Shown here: piece by piece, positions 42,495-56,371 of the stretch
Layout: each line of letters opens with the position of its first letter
Position numbering within the stretch: position 1 is the stretch's first letter
NCBI GenBank assembly: GCA_051294375.1
Contig: CM119265.1
Coordinates: 24,037,015 to 24,101,014, forward strand
From: Paraspadella gotoi
Taxonomy: Eukaryota > Animalia > Chaetognatha
Direction of reading: 5' to 3'
DNA: 64,000 bases
The notes under the pieces: generated by a model
Told to the model about the DNA's origin: nothing
What the model saw: only the letters and a program-made list of their open reading frames with translations
Database searches by the model: none
Program-made: the position numbers and the translations under genes

Positions 42495-45400
42495 CTTGGA
42501 AGACTGGCAGACTGTCGAACCGTTTTGAAGAAGAGAGAGGAGACAGAAGAGAGAGAGAGAGAGGAGAATGAACGAGAAGAGAGAGAGAGAGAGAGAGAGA
42601 GAAGAGAGAGAGATCAGGTGCGGGCAGTGTAACCAGAAGGCGGGAAAGAAGAGGTAGCGCAGAAAATTGCGAGATTCGAAAAATGCTGTGGGGAGGTGAA
42701 GGGCAGGAAAGAAGTAAAGGAAAAAGGAAAAAGAAAGGAAACTAAGGAGGAAGGAATGGAAGGTTGAAACACGGGGAAGATGGGAGGAGAAAGAGACCGT
42801 CGCTAATTCACGTCCAAAAACAACCGGAAAATTTATGCCGTTTGTTGTCGTCGTTGTCAATGTCGTCGCGTCTTTGTTGTTTTAATCATTTTTGTCATCG
42901 TTGTTGTCATCATCTTGTCATATGTTTATGTCTCATTATTTTCGTCGTCTTCGCCAGTTTAATTGTCATCGTCATTGTTGTCGTCTTCTTGTCGCTTTTG
43001 TCTATTCGTCATCGTCGTTCGCTTTATCTAAGTCGTTTTCGTCATTTCATCATTTTAGTTTTCGTCGTCATCGTCGTCGTCTCGTCGTCGCCATCGGTCG
43101 GTCGGTTTCGTTTGTCTCATGCGGTAGGGAACGATGATGTCATTGGGCGGAGAAAGAGAAGGGGCGGAACTTGGAGGCGGGCGAGATGGAGGGGGGGAAC
43201 TGGCCGAGGGAGGGGGAATCATGATTCAAAACTGAACAGCGGGGGAAGGGAAGGGAGAAGGGGAAGGGAGAGAGAGGGAGAGGGGTAGGAAGAGAGGGAG
43301 TGATTAGAGGTAGAGAGGGTGAGTGATAGAGGAAGAGAGAGGGTTAAAGAAGAGAGGAAAGAGAGACTCGGAACCGCAGAGAAGATATCACTGAGGGTGG
43401 AAGTCGGTGAGATGGTTCAAAAGTTGAGTTGGTGGGATTGTGAGTGAGTTACTCGAATCTGACTTCGAAGCAGCTGCGGTGCTCGTTGGAAATGCGGACG
43501 GGCGATGGTCGGGAGGCGGCGGCGGCGGCGTCGGCGGCGGCGTCGGCGGCGGCGTCTGGGACAGCACAAGGGGCATGGCTGTGACGAGATCAACTTTCGA
43601 TAATTGGCGCAGTCTTAAAGTAAAAAAAATTTACTAAGTTACACAAAAGCGACTTTTTAAAGACCACAAATTAAGATGTAATAGAATTCGAGTGAATTCA
43701 CCGAGAAAAATCGATTTCACGACGAAGAAAAATCCAATCTTCTTTTCGATTTGGATTAAATTTTCTTGATTAATTGAATTTCGCTTTTCAAACTCTTTTT
43801 CTTTTCGACGTACGAAGTTAATTTTCGACACGCCCACTCAATGCAGTCGTCGTTGTCGTTGTCGTTATAGTTGTCGTCGTCGCTCTCGTCGTCGTCGCTC
43901 TCGTCGTCGTCGTTGATATCGTCGTCGCTCTCGTCGTCGTTGTCGCCGTCGTCGTGTTTTGAAAATTTTATTTCACTTCCGACAACTCAGAAGTACTTTC
44001 ACGTATGAATTTATCATAAAAATTTTGAAAAATGTAATAAAAAGAAACATACATTCTTTGATCAATTTTGTTGTCGTCGTCATCGTTGTTGATGTTGTTG
44101 TCAACTTATTTTCTAATGAATAAAATTTCATTATCAAAAATTCGTCGCAAAAATATAAACATTTTTCGTTGGTTTTAGAATCACAAAATCTTCTTCGATT
44201 CTCAGCTAAGCCGATTGTAAATCGAATAACGATTCTGATTTGAATACCATAAGGGATAAGCGATAAATCTGAGGCGAATGAAAGCGATTCCAAGGCAAAT
44301 GAGAGCGATACCGAGTCGATTCAAAGCGATATTCTCGCGTTTTTAGGCGATTTCACGCTCGGTTTACTCCTCACTCGCTTTTAATTTCATAAAGTTTAAA
44401 ACTCGATTTCAGATTGAAATGTGATTTCGAATTTTATAGTTTCGTCTCGTCACACAAGGGCGGTTACATTGAGATAAGAATTCACAGCCTTATCAAACTG
44501 TGAATCGCAGATGGTGAAAAAATGAGAGAAGTGGATCACTGGTTTTCGAGACCTTTCGTGTTGCGGCTTTTTGAACCCCTAGAATCGCATCAAGCTTCGA
44601 GCACGGACGCGAGGTCCATGAGTGGGCGCTTGGTCGGTCGGTCATGGCCGCTTGGCGGGTCGGTCGGTCATGCGCGCCTGTGGGTACGGTCGGTCATGGC
44701 GCGGCTTGGTCGGTGGCCGGAGTTATCATTGGCGCTTGGTTTCGGGTCGGATCATGGCGCTTGGTCGGTCGGTCATAGGCGCTTGGTCGGGTCGTCATGG
44801 CGCTTGTTGGTGGTCGGTCATGGCGCTTGTCGGTCGGTTCATGGCGCTTGGTCGGTCGGTCATGGCGCTTGGTCGTGTCGGTCATGGCGCTTGGATCGCG
44901 GTCATGGCGCTTGGTCTGGTCGGTCATGCGCTGTGGTCGTCATGGCGCTTGGTCGGTCGTCATGGCGCTTTGGTCGGTCGGTCATGCCGTCGTTGGTAAG
45001 TTTTGCCTCAAGGTTAAATGCATTTTTAAGGCGATGGATTTTAAAGTTTCACCTGATAGACCGAACTCCTTTTGGACTCAATCCTTTTGTGAAGCTTTAA
45101 CTTGTACGAAACTTCTTCATTTCTCTTCTCTCTCTCTCTCTCTCCTCTCTCTCTCTTTTCTTCTCTCTCTCTCTTCTCTCTCTCTCTCTCATTTCTCTCT
45201 TCATTTCTCCTTTGGGACTTAATCTTTGTGAACTTTTAATCTTTGTACGAANNNNNNNNNNNNNNNNNNNNNNNNNNNNNNNNNNNNNNNNNNNNNNNNN
45301 NNNNNNNNNNNNNNNNNNNNNNNNNNNNNNNNNNNNNNNNNNNNNNNNNNNNNNNNNNNNNNNNNNNNNNNNNNNNNNNNNNNNNNNNNNNNNNNNNNNN

Positions 45401-46076
45401 NNNNNNNNNNNNNNNNNNNNNNNNNNNNNNNNNNNNNNNNNNNNNNNNNNNNNNNNNNNNNNNNNNNNNNNNNNNNNNNNNNNNNNNNNNNNNNNNNNNN
45501 NNNNNNNNNNNNNNNNNNNNNNNNNNNNNNNNNNNNNNNNNNNNNNNNNNNNNNNNNNNNNNNNNNNNNNNNNNNNNNNNNNNNNNNNNNNNNNNNNNNN
45601 NNNNNNNNNNNNNNNNNNNNNNNNNNNNNNNNNNNNNNNNNNNNNNNNNNNNNNNNNNNNNNNNNNNNNNNNNNNNNNNNNNNNNNNNNNNNNNNNNNNN
45701 NNNNNNNNNNNNNNNNNNNNNNNNNNNNNNNNNNNNNNNNNNNNNNNNNNNNNNNNNNNNNNNNNNNNNNNNNNNNNNNNNNNNNNNNNNNNNNNNNNNN
45801 NNNNNNNNNNNNNNNNNNNNNNNNNNNNNNNNNNNNNNNNNNNNNNNNNNNNNNNNNNNNNNNNNNNNNNNNNNNNNNNNNNNNNNNNNNNNNNNNNNNN
45901 NNNNNAGAGAGAGAGAGAGAGTCGCGAGGAGTCACGGGTAAATCGCTTCAAACCAGGGAACAAAATGTGGAAAGAAAATTATTTTCGTAAAGAAAAAGAA
46001 TAAGTTGATGGAATTTTAAATTTGATCCGAAGATTTAGAATCGAAATTTCGTTTCGAGTGAAACGAATTTTTTTTT
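42495..46076 (+). repeat. Copy 1 of a triplicated segment, with 44531-45251 inverted relative to the other copies
   Basis: Collinear with 46148-48900; ends at the 25-N gap 46077-46101. Confidence 0.9.
44620..44985 (+). repeat. 21-bp VNTR (GGTCGGTCATGGCGCTTGGTC) x ~17; reverse-complement array at ~51645-51860
   Basis: Seen directly; followed by a donor GTAAGT at 44996. Confidence 0.9.
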
Positions 46077-46147
46077 NNNNNNNNNNNNNNNNNNNNNNNN
46101 NCAGTTGACAAGAGAAAAGGGACAAAAGGAATCACTAATACATATCG

Positions 46148-46177
46148 CGGAAGACTGCAGACTGTCGGCACCGTTTT

Positions 46178-46208
<31 letters not shown>

Positions 46209-48659
46209 TTGAGAGAGAGAATGATGAGAGAGAGAAGAGACAGGTGCGGGCCATGTTTTGTTATTTTGTTTTGTAACAGAAGCGGTAAAGAAGAGTAGCG
46301 ATGAAAATTGCGAGATTCGAAAAAATGCTCACTCCGTGGGCCGAGGTGAAGGGTAAGGAAGATAGGAAAGGAAAAGGAAAAAGCGAAAAAGAAAGGAAAA
46401 TAGAGGAGGAAGATATGAAGTGAAAACACGGCGTGAAGATGGCGAGGAGAAGAGACCGTCGCTATCACGTCCAAAACAACCGGAAAATATTATACGTTGT
46501 TGTCGTCGTTGGTCATCGGTCGTCTCGTCGTCGCTTTCGTCAATTAAGTCGTGCGTCTTTGGTTTGATTTTAATCATTTTTGTCATTTTCATTGTTTCAT
46601 TTTTCATTGTTGTCATCATCTTTGGGTCATAGTGTTTATTGTCTCATTCATTTTCGTCGTCTTCGTCAATTGGTTTTTGCCCAGTTTAATGGTGTCATCG
46701 TCATTGTTGTCGTCTTATTGTCGCTTTTTGTCTATTCTCATCGTCGTCGCTTTTATCGTCCGTCGTCTCGTCTCGTCATTTCATCATTTTAGTTTTCGTC
46801 GTCATCGTCGTCGTCTTTCGTCGTCGTCCATCGGGTCGTTCGGTTTCTTGTTTGTCTCTACAGCGTAGGGAACGATTGATGTCATTGGGCGGAGAAAGAG
46901 AAGGGGCGGAACTGGAGGCGTGGATGGTGGTGGGGAACTGGTGGGGGGAATCATGATTCAAACTGAACAGTGCGTGGTGAAGAGTAAGGGGGAAGGGGAG
47001 AGAGGGAGATGGGAGTGATAGAGGAGAGGAGTAAGAGAGAGATGGAGTGATAAGAGGGAGTGAGATGAGGGAGTTTAGAGGGAGTGATAGAGCGGAGAGA
47101 GGGAGTGATAGAGGGAGATGAGAGTGAAGAAGAGAGGAAAGAGAGACTCGGAACCGCAGAGAAGATATCACTGAGGGTGAGTGCGGTGAGTGATCCAAAA
47201 GTTGATGTTGGTGGGATTGTGAAGTAGTTCTCCGAATCTGACTTCGAAGGCAGCTGCGGTGCTCGCGGTGAAAATGCGACGGCGATGGTCGGGAGGCGGC
47301 GGCGGCGTCCGGCGTCGGGAGGCGGCGGTCCGGCGCGGCGGGCCGTCGCGCCGTGCGTCGGCGGCGGCGTCTGGGGACAGCACAAGGGCATGGCTGTGAC
47401 GAGTTCACTTTCGATAAATTGCGAAGTCTTAATGTAAAAAAAAAAATTACTATTACACAAAAGTGACTTTTTAAAGATCAAAATTTAGTAAAGAATTCAG
47501 TAATTCAAAAAAAATCGATTTCACGACGAGAAAAATCCATCTTCTTCGAATTGCGATAAATTTCTTGATTAATTGACATTTCGCTTTTCAAACTCTTTTT
47601 TTCGACGTACGAAGTTAATTTCGACACGCCCATAAGCAAGTCGTCGTTGTGTTGTCGTTATAGTTGTCCGTCGTCGCTCTCCGCGTCGTCGTTGTTGTGT
47701 CGTCGGCTCTCGTCTCGTTATCCCCGTCGTCGTGTTTTGAAATTTCACTTCCGACAAATCAGAAGTACTTTCAACGTAGAATTTATCATATAAAATTTTG
47801 AAAAATGTAATAAAAAAGTAAACATACATTCTTTGATGAACTTTGTTGTCGTCAGTCATCGTTCATCGTTGTTGATGTTGTTGTTTTTATTGTTATTGTC
47901 AACTTATTTTCTAGATGGAATACAATTTCATTATCAAAAATCTTTGCAAAAATCTAAAATTTTCGTTGGTTTTAGAGATCACCAGTCTGTGACACCAGAA
48001 TCTTATTGAATTCTCAGCCTAAGCGATTGTAAAATCGAATATACGATTCTGATTTTGAATACCATAAGGCATTTAAGATTTCAGACAAATAAAAGCGATT
48101 AGATCATGAGGCGAATTAAAACGATTCCAAGGCAAAATGAGAGCTGATACCCCGAGTTCATTCAAAAGCAGTTATTCTCGCCGATTTAGCGATTTCATGC
48201 TCAGTGTTACTCCTCACTCGCATTTAATCTCATTAAAGTTTAAAACTCGATTTCAGATTGGAAATGTGATTTCGAATTTATAGTTTCTTCTCGTCAACAC
48301 GAAGGTGGTTACATTGGGTACGAATTCACAGCCTTATCAAACTTGTGAATCCGCAGTATGGTTAAAAAATGTAAGAAGTTTCGTACAAATGATTAAAGTT
48401 CACAAAGGATTGAGTCCCAAAAGGAGTTCGGTCTACAGGTGAACTTTAAATCATCGCCTTTAAAATCATTTACTTTGAGCAAAACTTACCAAGCGACTGG
48501 CATGGACCGACCGACCAAAGCGGCCAATGACCTCTGCGGTCCGAAGCTTTGTGGTCAAAAGCCGCAACCACGAAAAGTTCGTCGAAACCATGTGATCCAT
48601 CTCTGTTTGCGCGCAAAAGGAAAAGAGAGAATGAGAGATGAGAGAAGAGAAGATGAGGA

Positions 48660-48702
<43 letters not shown>

Positions 48703-49550
48703 GAGAAGAGAGGAGAGAGAGAGAGTAGTAGTCGCGAGGAGTCACGGGTAAATCGCGTTCAAACCAGAACTTTTTTATTCTTTTAAAGATAACCAGGGAA
48801 CAAAATGTGGAAAAATGTTTTCAGTAAAGAAAAGAATAAGTTGATGGAATTTAAATTGATTCCGAATTTAGAATCGAAATTTCGTTTCGAGTGAAACGAA
48901 CATTTTTTTTTTCACAAAAAAAAAGACAAAAATCTTTACTCGTTTTTTCATCTTTCTTTTTTCTAGAACACCTGATGTCATTCCCTTTCCTAATTGACCT
49001 TTCTCTATTAAAATGTTTAATTTCTCTTTCTCTCATACTACTTTTTTTCCTCTCCTTTTCTTCTTTTTTCTTCTTCTTTTTCTTTTCTTTCTTTCTTTCT
49101 TTCTTTTCTTATCTTTCTTTTCTTTCCTTTCTTCTCTTTTTCTTTTCTTTCTTTTCTTTCTCTGCAAAAAAAAAAAATTAAAACTAAACATATTCTAGCT
49201 GAAAAAAATTCCCACACCTTAACTTTCAAGCAAAAGCTTGAGAGAAATAAAACAACTAAAAACTCACCCCAAACTTTAGTGAGTTTTCCGTGAGAAGAAA
49301 AAGCAAAAAAGTTCATAATGTGACCCGCGAGTCGACAATAAAAAGCTAAACAACAACAACAACAACGACGAAGACGTGACTTACTCCAGTGAGATTCGCG
49401 CNNNNNNNNNNNNNNNNNNNNNNNNNNNNNNNNNNNNNNNNAGGTCAGGTTTCCACTTTTCGAAAGAGACGGAATTTGTTTTGATTTTTACAGTTAAGAA
49501 TAACTGGAGCGCGAAAAAGGGGAAATTAAAACCCAAACAGAAAATGGCGG
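46148..49550 (+). repeat. Copy 2 of the triplicated segment
   Basis: Matches 42495-46076 and 49615-53400; bounded by 25-N gaps. Confidence 0.9.
47150..48602 (-). CDS. Error-ridden exons of an unidentified gene (48602-48490 and 47427-~47150), also present in the other copies
   Basis: Acceptor/donor pair caaacag...gtaagt and acceptor ttttacattaag; my consensus of copies 1 and 2 reads approximately SQPCPCAVPDAAA...SRPSPSHFNEHRSCFEVRFENYSQSHQL. Confidence 0.35.
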
Positions 49551-49614
49551 NNNNNNNNNNNNNNNNNNNNNNNNNTGTTTGACGACGATCAACTTACTTT
49601 CGATTTAATTGCAC

Positions 49615-52600
49615 CAGTCTTAAATAGTAAAAAAAAAAAAAATGCACATTACTAAGTTACACAATAAGCGACTTTCTTTAAAAGGACCACAAATTTTAAA
49701 GACTGTAATACGAGTAATGTAAGAATTCGAGTTGAATTCACCGGAGACACGAAAGCAACCAGCCAGATTCTCACGAACATAGAAGCAAAAATCCAATTCT
49801 TTCTCTTTGCGATTTGCGGATTTAAATTTTCTGGATTAATTCGAATTTCGCTCTTTCAAACACTCTTTTTTTCTTCTTTTGCGACGTACGTAACGAAGTT
49901 ACAATTTTTCTGACCAACGCCCCACTCCAATGCTAGTCGCCGCAGTTTCTCTGTCGGTGTCGTTATAGTTGTTACGTCCGATCGCTTCTTCGTCGTCGCG
50001 TCGCCTTCGCGTCGTTCGTCCGTTAGATATCGTCGTCGCTCTTCGTCGTCGTTGTCGCCGTCGTTCGTGTTGTGAATTTTATTCTCACTTGCCGACAAAC
50101 TTCAGAAGTACTTTCACGTATCATGATTTATCAAACAATTTTGGAAAATCTGTAAATAATAAAAAGAAACATACCATTCTTTGATCCAATTTATAGTTTG
50201 TCGATCGTCATCGTTTGTTGATGTTCTCAATGTTGTCATTATTTTTCAAATTGAATAAATCTTCATTATCAAAAATTCGCCGATCCGTCGCTCAAAAATC
50301 ACTAAACTTTTTCGTTTGCGTTTCTAGAACATGAATTCCCACAAAAATCTTTTCTTCGATTCTCAGCTCAAGCCGATGTTGCGTTAAAGGAATCAAACGC
50401 CGATTCTGATTTTGAATACCATAAGCGGTAATAAGCGAATAAGACTGTAAAATCTGAGGCGCGAATTAATAAGTTGAAAGCGATTCCAAGGCACGCAACA
50501 TGACGAGCGATACCGACGTTCGAATTCAAACGCTGATATCTCGCAAACCCGTCGGTCTTTATGGCCGATTTTCCACGGCTCGGCCTTCTACTCCTCACTC
50601 GCCTTTTAATATTTCTAAAGTTTTAAAAACTCGATTTCCAGATTGAACCATGTGATTATCGCATCATTTTATATAGTTTCCGTTCTCGTCACACCCAAAG
50701 GGCGACGGGTCTTACCATTGAAGACTTAACGCAATTGTCACAGCCCTCCTTATCAAAACTGTGGAATCGCAGCATGCTTAAAAAATGATGCGAAGAAGTT
50801 TTCGTACAAAGATTAAAAAGTTCACAAAGGATTGAACAGGTCCCAAAAGGAGGAGGGAGACAGAAAGAGAAATGATGATAGGAAATGGAGAGAGCAGCAG
50901 AGAGAGATGGAGAGAGGACGAAAGCGAAGAGAGATGACAGACGGAGATGAGATAGAGAATAGGATAGAAGAAGACGAGGAGAGAGAGGCGAGGCAGACGA
51001 ACGAGAGAGAAATGAGAGACAGTTCTTCGTTACAAAGATTAAAGTTCACAAAGGATTGAGTCCCCAAAGGACGAAAATGAGAGAGAAATTAGACGGATGA
51101 AGGAGAAGAGAGAGAGGAAGAGAGAGAGAGAACGCGCGGAACGACGAGGCGAAGAGCAGACGCGACCAGAGTCGGCCTGGTACGATGAGATGAAGAGAGA
51201 CCGAGAGACGAGAAAGAAAATGAGAGAAAATTTCGCTTAAAGATTAAACGTTCACAAACGGATGATGCGAGTCCCCCAAAGGAGAGGAGAAGAAAAAATG
51301 AGCAGAGAATCGAGAAATGAGAAGAGAGAAGACGGACCTTGAGAAGAGATTATGAGACTGGGGAGAGTCAGACGAAGAGAGAAGAGACGAGAGCAGGGAC
51401 CAGAAGAGGGATGAGAAGGAGCGTGGAGGAGGCGTGTAGAGAGGATCATGAGGAAGACCGAGCAGGATCGACCAAAGGAGAGCAGATGAGAGAGAGAAAT
51501 GAGGAGAAGTTCGATACAAAGATTAATAAGTGTTCACAAATAGTGATTGATGTCCCAAAGGAGTCCGGTCTAGGTTGAAATCTTTAAATCCCATCGCCTT
51601 TAAAAAATCACATTTACCTTTTGAGGCAAAACTTACCAACGCGACTGGCCCATGACGACCACGACCAACGCGCCCTCCATGCACCGACCCGACCAAGCGC
51701 CATGATTCCGACCCGAAACCAAGCGCCAAATGATGATACATCCCGCGGCCCGACCCGCACCAAGCCGCGCCATGACCGACCCGTACCCACAGCGGCGCCA
51801 TGACCCGCACCCAGATCCACCCAAGGCGGCGCATGACCGACCGACCAAGCGCCCACCATGACCTCGCGTCCCGCTGGGTCTCGAAGCTTGATCGCGATCG
51901 TCCTTACTCGTGGTCGTTCAAAAAGCCGCAACACGAATAAGGTCTCGAACCAGTGATCATCTGCGTCGCTCAGCAAAAGGAAAAGGAAAAAAAAGAGACG
52001 AGAGAAGAGAGAGGAGAGAATTAAGAGACGGAGAAGAGCACTGAGCATGTGAGAGGAGAATAGAAGCCGGTGGGATCAGTGCGCCGATGGAGCAGAAGTC
52101 TGAGAGAGAGAGAGAGAGCACGTCGCGTAGGTAGTCACGGCGTAAAATCGCTTCAACACCATGGAAACAAAATGTGGAAACGACAAATTAATTTTCCGCT
52201 TTTTACAACGAAAAAAGAATCATATAAGTTGATGCTGGCAATTTTTAAATTTCTGTATCCCGCTAAGATTTATAGAATCCGAAGATTTTCGTTTCAGCCA
52301 GGTCTGCTGAAACGACACTGATTTTTCTTTTCACCAAAAAAAAAAGACAAAAATCTTTACTCGTCTTTTTGCATCTTTTCTTCTTTTCTTTCTTTCTTCT
52401 TCTTTTTACTTTTCTTTCTTTCTTTTCTTTCTTTCTTTCTTTCTTTCTTCTTTTTCTTTCTTTCTTTCTTTCTTTCCTTTCTTTTCTTCTTTTCTTCTTT
52501 CTTTCTTTGTTTCTTTGTCTCTTTCTTTCTGTCACAAAAAAAAAAAAAATTTAAAACTAAACACTATTTTAGCTGAAAAAAAAACAATTCCCCACACCTA

Positions 52601-53400
52601 TAACTTTCAAGCGAAAAGCTTAGGAGAAAATAAACAACTAAAAAAAAACTCACCCCAAACTTTAGTGAGTTTCCGTGAGGGAAGAAAAGCAAAAAAAAAG
52701 TTTCATTAATGGTGAACCCCGGAAGTCGGACAATATAAACAAGCTTAAACAACATAAACAACAACAACGCACGCAAGACGCTGGAACCTCTACTTCCAGT
52801 GAGATTCGCGCGCATATATGGCTAATACATCGCGGCCCGTGAAGAGGAAAATAGGCGAGAAAGTTTCACGGTTTCCACCGTCGACGAAAAAAATCATCCG
52901 GGGCCGAGGAATGAGGAGAGATGAGAGTGAGAGAGAGAGAGGAGAAGATGAGAGAGACAGAGACGAGAGAGAGACGAGAGAGAGAGAGAGAGAGACGAAT
53001 CCATGTTGACAGAGATTTACGTTTTTCGACTTCAACTTGAGAAGGGAATGGTTTTTCCGTGACGCGCGGCCGTCAGGCAGCTCTTCGAATAAGTGAAGAG
53101 AATTTCCGGGAGGGTCGAGTAATAGAATGAGGGGACGGTAGGGAGAGAGACGAGGAGAGAGAGGATGAGAAATAGACGTGAGATCGAGAGACGAGGAGAG
53201 AGCAGAGGAAGATTGAGAGAGATGAGAGACGGAGAGAGGAGAGGAGGAGAGAAGAGAGATGTTTCCCGGGCCGGGTTCAGGTTTCCACCCTTTTCGCAAA
53301 AGACGCGCAACTTCTGTTTTGATTTTTTACAGTTTAAGGAATAACTGAAAGCACGCCTGCGAAATAAGGGGAAATTAAAACCTAACAGAACAATGGCTTG
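49615..53400 (+). repeat. Copy 3 of the triplicated segment (insertion-rich, raw-read-like)
   Basis: 43611-44530 (~920 bp) corresponds to ~49615-50800 (~1185 bp) through scattered small insertions. Confidence 0.9.
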
Positions 53401-54330
53401 AGGAAAAATCACAGGAGGACACAGGAAAAAGCGGAAAATGGAGGGGCACAAACGGGGGGAAGGCGAAAAGTGGTGAGTAGGCAGAAAGCGGAGGAAAGGA
53501 AAAGGGAAAAGTGCGGTGTAAAGGCAGGAAAAAGGATGCAATCGGGCAAAAAGGGGGAAAAAGGGTAAAAGCGGCGGAAAAGGGCAAAACAGGCGAATGG
53601 GGAAATAAGAGGAAAGGGAAATTGGAAAAGGAGGAAGGGGAAAGGGGAGAAGGAGAAAAGGAGGAAAGGGAAAAAAATAAAAAGAGGAAAAGGGAAAAGT
53701 TGGAAAGGGGAAAAGGGGAGAAGGAGAAAAGGAGAAAAGGGAAAGGGGAGAAGGAGAAAAGTAGGAAAAGGAAAAGAGTAAAAAGAGGAAAAGGTAAAAA
53801 AAGAGAAGCGATGGGAGATGGGGGAAAGTAGAAGAGAAAAAAGAGAGATGTGGAATAGGGAAAAGGGAAAAAGAAAAAAGGAGAAAGGGAAAAGGGAAAA
53901 GGAAGGAGGGAGAAAGTGAAAAGGGAAAAGGGAGAAAGAGAAAAGGGAAAAGGGAGAAAGGGAAAGGGAAAAGGGAAGTAGAGGAAGGAAGGAAAAGTAT
54001 AAAAAAATTCCGGCTTCTTTATTTGAGAGTTCTAGGGTCGAGTCTGGTCGAATTCTTGATTTTTGATTACTTTTTTAAATTAAAAACTAACTTTAAGTAT
54101 ATTGATGTTATACTTGAAAGTATTATTTACTCTTTGCTGATGTGTATTCAAATTTCAGTCTACATAAAATAAAAGTATCGAGCAAAATTCAAAATTGAAT
54201 AGAGTTTCAATGAAAAAAAAAATTCACCGCAAAAAAAAAGAAGATTTTATCTCCTCATTAAAAGGTGAATGGAGAAAAGACAAAAGAACTTTTCTCATTA
54301 CATTATTGAGATCATTGAGTGAGAGAGAGA

Positions 54331-54370
<40 letters not shown>

Positions 54371-54613
54371 AGAGAGAGAAGAGAGAGTGAGAGGTGTGAG
54401 TCCGAAGGCGCCAATGTCAATAAAACCAATGTCAACGCATCGATTTAAGCAATGAAAGCCACGACGAACGTATTAAAAAAAAAATCAATAATAAAAATGT
54501 TCTTGATAATCATTGGTAAAAATGGCAGCTGGAATAACTATGACCGCAACAACCCATTAAAAGAAAACGGATAAGAAAAACGAACTGAAAATTTTTGCCT
54601 TCATGATGTCGAT

Positions 54614-54673
<60 letters not shown>
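54614..54673. repeat. (GAT)n microsatellite
   Basis: Seen directly. Confidence 0.95.
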
Positions 54674-55503
54674 TTGAGATGGAGGAACGCATTTTTGGGG
54701 ACTCACGAAGCAAAGTCACCTTGACTTCATGTGTGGAGAATAGAGGAAAAAAGAAAAGNNNNNNNNNNNNNNNNNNNNNNNNNNNNNNNNNNNNNNNNNN
54801 NNNNNNNNNNNNNNNNNNNNNNNNNNNNNNNNNNNNNNNNNNNNNNNNNNNNNNNNNNNNNNNNNNNNNNNNNNNNNNNNNNNNNNNNNNNNNNNNNNNN
54901 NNNNNNNNNNNNNNNNNNNNNNNNNNNNNNNNNNNNNNNNNNNNNNNNNNNNNNNNNNNNNNNNNNAAGAAAGACAGAAAGAAGATAGACAGATATAGTG
55001 ATAGAAAGATATAGATAAAAAGTAGTGAAAGTGGTTCAGAGAAAAGAAAAAGAGTGGGAATGCTCAAGTAAGAAAAGAGAAAAAAGAAAAAAGAAAAAAG
55101 AAAAAAGAAAAGAGAAAAGAGAAAAGAGAAAAGAGAAAAGAGAAAAGAGAAAAGAGAAAAGAGAAAAAAGAAAAAAGAAAAAAAAACAAGAAAAAAAAGA
55201 AGGAAAAAATGTGAGACGCGAAGGAAATCTTCGATCCATTTTGGACGACGGAAGAAAAAGTAACTTTATTTGGTTTCTCTAATGCAGCGTCCCCGTCGTT
55301 GTTGTTGTTGTTGTCGTCGTCGTCGTCCTCGTCGAAAACCATTTGTAGTCACTTATTTTTCACTAACGTTCTTTCAGATGTGATTAATTTTCTTCCTTCC
55401 ATCAGTGAAACCAAGAAATCATAAACAGAACCGAATTTTGGTGAAGGAAGGAAAAATGTTTTCCATTACTTATCGGACTTATTACTTAATGGAGAGATGG
55501 ACG

Positions 55504-55546
<43 letters not shown>

Positions 55547-55630
55547 TATCTCCATTTTCCACTCTAGTTTATGCTTTTCATCCATATTCCGTTTTACTTC
55601 CAAGTCTATACTTTTTCATTTTCAAGCCAT

Positions 55631-55870
55631 TTTCCTTTCCGCTTCTCAATCTCCTCTTTCCATTTCAAAGTCTTTTTCCTTTCCGCTTCTCAATCTCCTC
55701 TTTCCACTTCAAAGTCTTTTTCCTTTCCGCTTCTCAATCTCCTCTTTCCACTTCAAAGTCTTTTTCCTTTCCGCTTCTTAATCTCCTCTTTCCACTTCAA
55801 AGTCTTTTTCCTTTCCGCTTCTCAATCGCCTCTTTCCACTTCAAAGTCTTTTTCCCTTTCCACTTCTCAG
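55631..55870. repeat. 44-bp minisatellite x ~5, decaying to ~56030
   Basis: gcttctcaat at 55641, 55685 and 55729; variants continue at the same period. Confidence 0.95.
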
Positions 55871-56176
55871 TCTCCGTTTTTCGCTTTCAAGCCCTTTTCC
55901 CTTCCGCTTTTCAGCCTCAACTTCCCAGCGCTTTTCTCTCTCTCAAGTCTCCTCTTTCCGCTTCTAAGTCATTTTCACCTTTCGCTTCTATGTCTCCATT
56001 TCCGCTTCCAAGCCCTTTTCCCTTCCGCTTCTTGGTCTCCATTTCCTTCCGCCATATTTTCTGTTTTTTGCTTCCGAGTTTTTTCTTCGCAACCAAATTG
56101 AAGTCGCCACATAATTTTGGCTCTGATGACTTTTTTTCTCTCTCGTTGACTTTAAATACTTTCCGCCCCCTCTCTG

Positions 56177-56238
<62 letters not shown>

Positions 56239-56371
56239 CAAAATACAATATGCTCGCAAGATAAACCTTTTCGAATTTTATCTGTGCTTTAACAAAGTTC
56301 GTCCCGAAAAAAAACTTTCTTTAAAACCCAACACATCCCTTTCGCACCCCTTCTCCACTGACCCTCCACAG

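Noticed and set aside
44531-44620. Dscam Ig1-like DGSLVF start
   Set aside because: Appears in only one noisy copy, followed by a stop; the other copies give different frames and no YxC motif.
42495-53400. Tandem three-gene array
   Set aside because: Staggered overlapping copies bounded by 25-N gaps, one strongly insertion-inflated like a raw long read.
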